From Penicillus capitatus (Eukaryota > Plantae > Chlorophyta), in NCBI GenBank assembly GCA_965649825.1, contig OZ287704.1, positions 976,301 to 1,040,300 of the forward strand: a stretch of DNA of 64,000 bases. Reading direction: 5' to 3'. Every line of letters starts with the position of its first letter. Position 1 is the stretch's first letter. The position numbers and the translations under genes are program-made. The notes under the pieces were generated by a model. The model did not search any database. It had not been told where the DNA came from and saw only the letters and a list, made by a program, of their open reading frames with translations. Of the stretch, positions 59,507 through 64,000 are shown piece after piece.

Positions 59507-61329
59507 ATGTCGGTTGACAGCTTTCTTTCGCTGAGGGCCGCGCATGCGCCGCCACTCCGAGTGCCCATGCAGGACGACGACGGCTGCAGCTCGACTGCAG
59601 ACGATGCTTCGGGGCTTCTGCGAGCGTCCAGCTCGATGGAGAAGGATGCCGACAGAAAGGAATCTGTGCCGCTGCTCTCCGGTGAACGACTTCTCCGGTT
59701 ACTCGACCCCAACAGCCACCCACCCCCAGAGGCCAGAGACCTCTCACGTCCGTGTCTTCTGACCGTTAGTCGGCAACCGAGGCGGCAAAAGGACGTTCCC
59801 TTGAGGCGTCTGAGCTTCTATCGGTTTTCTGCGCGCGTTTCTACTCAACATGGACTGCGAGACCGCCACACCATGCGCAAACGACAGCAAGTACTCTTTC
59901 CCCGGAAAGAGGTAAGTGTTCTCCGTCATCAGACGCTGCCGCCGAGACGCATTACGGCTTCTGCGTCACGGGCCGACTTTTCCCGCGCTATCGCGTTCAG
60001 GGAGAGCCTTTTCGCTCTGCGAACGCCGGAAGCCGCAGAAGCGCTAGTGGCTATCCGGTCGCTCAGTATGCGGCTCTTCCTGAACGCGATAGCGCATTGT
60101 TTCTGTCCATCCCTGCCGTCGCCCCCCCCCCTACAGACACCCTGCAGTGCATCTAACCCCTTGTGTGCCTGCAGTTTTGCGGAAATGACCTTGGGGGAGG
60201 TCATGGGGAAACACCCCCCAGAGGGGTTCAGGGGGCTGCCGGACGAGGAGAGGCGAGAGTTGTTCTGGGTCTTGAAGGCCCAGTCAACGGAGGAGATGGC
60301 ACCCAGGGACGAGCCATCTGGCTGGTTTGGCCCACCGCCTGGCCAAACCAGCCAGGAAGCTACAATGAGAGCGCGCCCACGTCGTATTTCCGCAGAGGAA
60401 CGACGTCGGCGCCTCTCTTCACGCCAGTCAGCTGGCAACGGCGTCCCGGAGGTAAGCCTAGATTCCACACACGACGCGACTCTTCATGTTCCTTCTGTTT
60501 TCCAGGACAATCCTCCATCGCTATCTGTGCCGCAGCCGCCATGCCTACCGCCGCAGACATCCGAGCATCAGGCTCCGCGGCCATGCCCACCGCCGCAGAC
60601 ATCCGCGCAACAGGCGCCGCCGCTGTTCCCGTCGCGGCCTTGCATGTATTCGTCGCCCTCGCCCTACCCAGTCTGGCCCGACGAGCTCTTGCCAGCGGCG
60701 CAGGCCTACGCGCAAGAGGCGCAGCCGCTTTTTCCCCGCGGCCATGCATGTTCTCATCGCCCTCGCCGCTGCCAGTCTGGCCGGATCATCTTCTGCCGGC
60801 GGCGCAGGCCTACGCGCATCTGGCGCAGCCGCCTTTTCCCCCGCGGCCATGCATCTTCTCCTCGCCCTCGCCGCTGCCAGTCTGGCCGGATCATCTTCTG
60901 CCGGCGGCGCAGGCATACGCGCATCTGGCGCAGCCGCTGTTCCCGTCGCGGCCTTACATCTTCTCCTCGCCCTCGCCGCTGCCAGTCTGGCCGGATCATC
61001 TTCTGCCGGCGGCGCAGGCCTACGCGCAAGAGGCGCAGCCGCTGTTCCCGTCGCGGCCATGCATGTTTTCATCCCCCTCGCCGCAGCCAGTCTGGCCAGA
61101 TCATCTTCTGCCGGCGGCGCAGGCATACGCGCATCAGGCGCAGCCGCTTTTTCCTCCGCGGCCATGCATGTTTTCATCCCCCTCGCCGCAGCCAGTCTGG
61201 CCAGATCATCTCTTGCCGGCGGCGCAGGCATACGCGCATCAGGCGCAGCCGCTTTTTCCTCCGCGGCCATGCATGTTCTCATCGCCCTCGCCCTACCCAG
61301 TCTGGCCGGAAGAGCCCTCTTTCTGTTGA
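59507..61329 (+). CDS. Unassigned GC-rich gene ending in a 35-aa Pro-rich tandem repeat; apparent 1-nt frameshift at about 60735
   Basis: The repeat peptide PLFPSRPCMFSSPSPLPVWPDHLLPAAQAYAHLAQ is read in the 59507 frame for copy 1 and in the 60163 frame for later copies. Confidence 0.5.
60614..61318 (+). repeat. 105-bp tandem repeat, about 6.7 copies, preceded by two 42-bp units (about 60539-60613)
   Basis: Unit starts at 60614, 60719, 60823, 60928, 61033, 61138 and 61243. One interval is 104 bp. Confidence 0.95.
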
Positions 61330-61764
61330 GTTTTTTTTTCGTGGGGATGAAAAAAGTTTAAAAGAAATAAAAAGTTTTCTTTTGTTTTTCTGGGCGCGGT
61401 GTCTTGACTACTGCTGCTCTGCTGTTTTCTTTTTTGTGACTTTTGGAGCGTCTCTACATTCGTTTTCGTCATCGTGCACGGGACTGCATTGCCTATTCCT
61501 AATGTGTGCACGTTTATTGCGATCTGGATGTTACGAGGGACCAGACCTAGCAACTAACGTTCTGTTTTGTTTTTGTTGTTTCAGCTGCTGCATAGCTGTT
61601 GTTTTGTGCTGGCGACATTTATAGATGGGAGATCGACTCTTATGTTTGTGCATTTCAGTAATAATTGCGGTCGGACATGTTTTTGAGCTGCGGCGGCTCA
61701 TATGGCGGCGGCACATGCTTTTACTGTGTGGCGGGGAGTACATTTGAGTGGTCATTTCTGTTTT

Positions 61765-62051
61765 GTCCGGATCTGTGGAGGTGGATGTCGAGGTGTCCGG
61801 ATCTGTGGAGGTGGATGTCGAGGTGTCCGGATCTGTGGAGGTGGATGTCGAGGTGTCCGGATCTGTGGAGGTGGATGTCGAGGTGTCCGGATCTGTGGAG
61901 GTGGATGTCGAGGTGTCCGGATCTGTGGAGGTGGATGTCGAGGTGTCCGGATCTGTGGAGGTGGATGTCGAGGTGTCCGGATCTGTGGAGGTGGATGTCG
62001 AGGTGTCCGGATCTGTGGAGGTGGATGTCGAGGTGTCCGGATCTGTGGAGG
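61765..62051. repeat. Perfect 30-bp minisatellite (gtccggatctgtggaggtggatgtcgaggt), 9 full copies plus 17 bp
   Basis: Identical units are visible directly. On the minus strand it could encode (DPDTSTSTST)n. Confidence 0.97.
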
Positions 62052-62243
62052 CTTTGTGGTATACAAAATGTGAGGTAGTGCTCCGTTTGCTGGAAGGACC
62101 TGGGATGAGTGATGAATCTGTCTCTACGACAGTGGCTGGGAGCAATACAGTATTCAGTTGATGGCACGGTAAATGACATCATGCTGAATCGATGTCTGGA
62201 GTAGAAGCTAATGAAGTGCCTTCTCTGCAGGGTGGTGGATGCA

Positions 62244-64000
62244 TCAATGAGCTTTTTTCTGGAATACGAAATTGACAAACCGGATTCGCTTACCAAGGCA
62301 TTCCGAAAACGAAGGAGATTTTGCAGCCCCTGAAGAATGAGGCGAGAATCGGCCAGCCAGAAATCATGTGAAACATCAAGGTACAGTTATCCTGTTATGA
62401 CAATGGAATGTTTAGATCTATAATCAGATGCAAGAGGGGATTGGATCCTGTTGATACATTCCGAAGAGATGATATCCAGGAAGGAATGATCGGCGATTCA
62501 AGATCGTCATCCGACATCCTAAAGAGAATTCTGGACATACAGCCCAGGACACTAAAAACAATGACCATTCCAGAAATGCAACAAGACTGAAGACATCTCC
62601 ATTGAAGGACACAGTTTGGTTTTCGCGCACGACAGATACGTATTCACACATTCCTTTCTGCAAAGCTTGTGGACATTTATCTTACACGATGTTCCCCGTC
62701 CATCTGGGAATCTGAGGTTCCCAAAGAGGTCCTTTCATTTTAACATTTCGTGCTGAGTGGTGCTCTGTTCTGCAGAAAACTTCATTGTCCGAGAAAGATG
62801 ACATGACGCGAAGAGCATGCAGAACACACCACAGTTTCCATCCTGCATAAGCTCGGTTGAATCAGCTGGAAGGTCTACATGCGCTCGGTTGAATCAGCTT
62901 CTGCAATTCGAGTTCGTCTGACCAAGGAGCCCCTTCGATGCGTACGTCAGCGCATAGCATGCTGCACTCACCAACACATTTCTCAAGGTAATCTGCAGAT
63001 ACTTCATGCTCCTTCCTTACACTTGATTCGACAGGCATTCAAAGAGGCAATTTCGAAGGAAGTGGTAGCAGTTGCTTGGATACACGACGGAGACTGTTTG
63101 ATTGAGAGAAGATACTTTGGATGTAGTCTCTTCTACAAGGCTTTTATTACCGTCTCATACGAGGTGATGGATGAGACACAAAGGCATCGATCGCAACGAT
63201 GGTAGACATCATTGATGGATGAGACTGGAAATCCTGCATCTCGTAATGCTATGGCATCGAGTGTTCTCTGGTGTCTGGACTGGCAGAAAGGAGAAGAAGG
63301 CTTAGAACACAGACAACGACTGACGATGCCACTCTGGATTGAAGAGAGAGAGATCAATCCTGCATCGCCTAGGTTCATGCATTCGGACAACGATGGTGAT
63401 TCAACCAGAGGCCGTTGATCGCATCCCAACAGACCGGATACATCAGGGAGAGAACTGGAGTGAATTCTTACCAGCAGTTCACAAGATGACCTGGATCAGA
63501 TTCCGAGGCATGAGGGCTCTGAACTCTAAAGGATCGCAGACATTCACAAGCATCCCTGACTGCAAGATCATCATCAGGACGAAAAAGACTCGTTGATAGC
63601 AGAGTCAACTGTTTTTCGAGTTGGTCAGTCTGACAGTGGGCTGAAAGCTGCGTGGGGTCGAGAGACTTGCCTGACCCCGAGAAAAACTGCCTATTCTCAT
63701 TCCAGGTATGTTCACTCTCACCTTTGCCTTGAGGTAGACTGCATCTCGCAGAATCAAAGCTGCGCTGAAGAGGGACGCACACAGCATGACGTCGGTTGAT
63801 GTGGGGACCAGTTGTCATCTGAATTGCTTCCGTGCCTTTCCAGAGCATCCTCGAGAAGGGACAGATTCTCTCTAGAGGAGATCAACCACTCTGAAAGAAA
63901 TGAGAGGAATCTACTCTGACGGAGGAGGTGATGATTTGGAAGCGATGCTGAATCGGATGAGCGATCGAGACAATTCCTGCAGCCAGTTCTCCCAGTCAAG
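62244..64000 (-). CDS. 3' exons of an unassigned Leu-rich multi-exon gene continuing beyond the window
   Basis: Exon-like segments (RFLSFLSEWLISSRENLSLLEDAL; LILQGLQNLLRFRNAL|KKAH*) with GT-AG introns; probable stop at 62244-62246. Confidence 0.35.

Noticed and set aside
3520-62051. Tandem arrays (45/63-bp, 105-bp, 30-bp) as CRISPR arrays
   Set aside because: Units are head-to-tail with no unique spacers, no cas genes are present, and the context is an intron-rich eukaryotic genome.
1-64000. Non-canonical genetic code (TAA/TAG = Gln, as in some ulvophytes)
   Set aside because: Conserved genes end at TAA/TAG where expected (capping enzyme TAG 12307-12309, D27 TAA 5207-5209), and internal stops are explained by introns.

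Overview
Eukaryotic nuclear DNA, most likely a compact-genome green alga (Chlorophyta). This is inferred from the plant-type gene set (D27, RBOH, SAC9, PI4K-gamma, mTERF, UPL6) and a CEP164-like WW protein. About 25 genes are packed tightly, with very short spliceosomal introns (about 35-60 nt, mostly GT-AG, several GC-AG). Recognisable genes: UPL6-like HECT E3 (5' part), D27-like beta-carotene isomerase, mRNA capping enzyme, FAD monooxygenase, DBR1, PI4K-gamma, a CCCH zinc finger, SAC9, mTERF, a Kelch protein, PP1 inhibitor-2 and two site-1 protease (S1P) genes. Four items stand out. (1) An intact RBOH/NOX homologue has lost both inner-heme histidines and the FAD/NADPH motifs but keeps both outer-heme histidines. 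(2) A U-box E3 domain is spliced in frame to a rhomboid lacking its catalytic His. (3) A WG/GW-repeat protein with C-terminal PPG-phi motifs resembles a GW182-type Argonaute hook. (4) The two S1P genes form a near-identical, GC-rich 2.95-kb inverted repeat around a 22-kb segment, each with its own C-terminal membrane anchor. Exon boundaries were read by eye, so coordinates are approximate.
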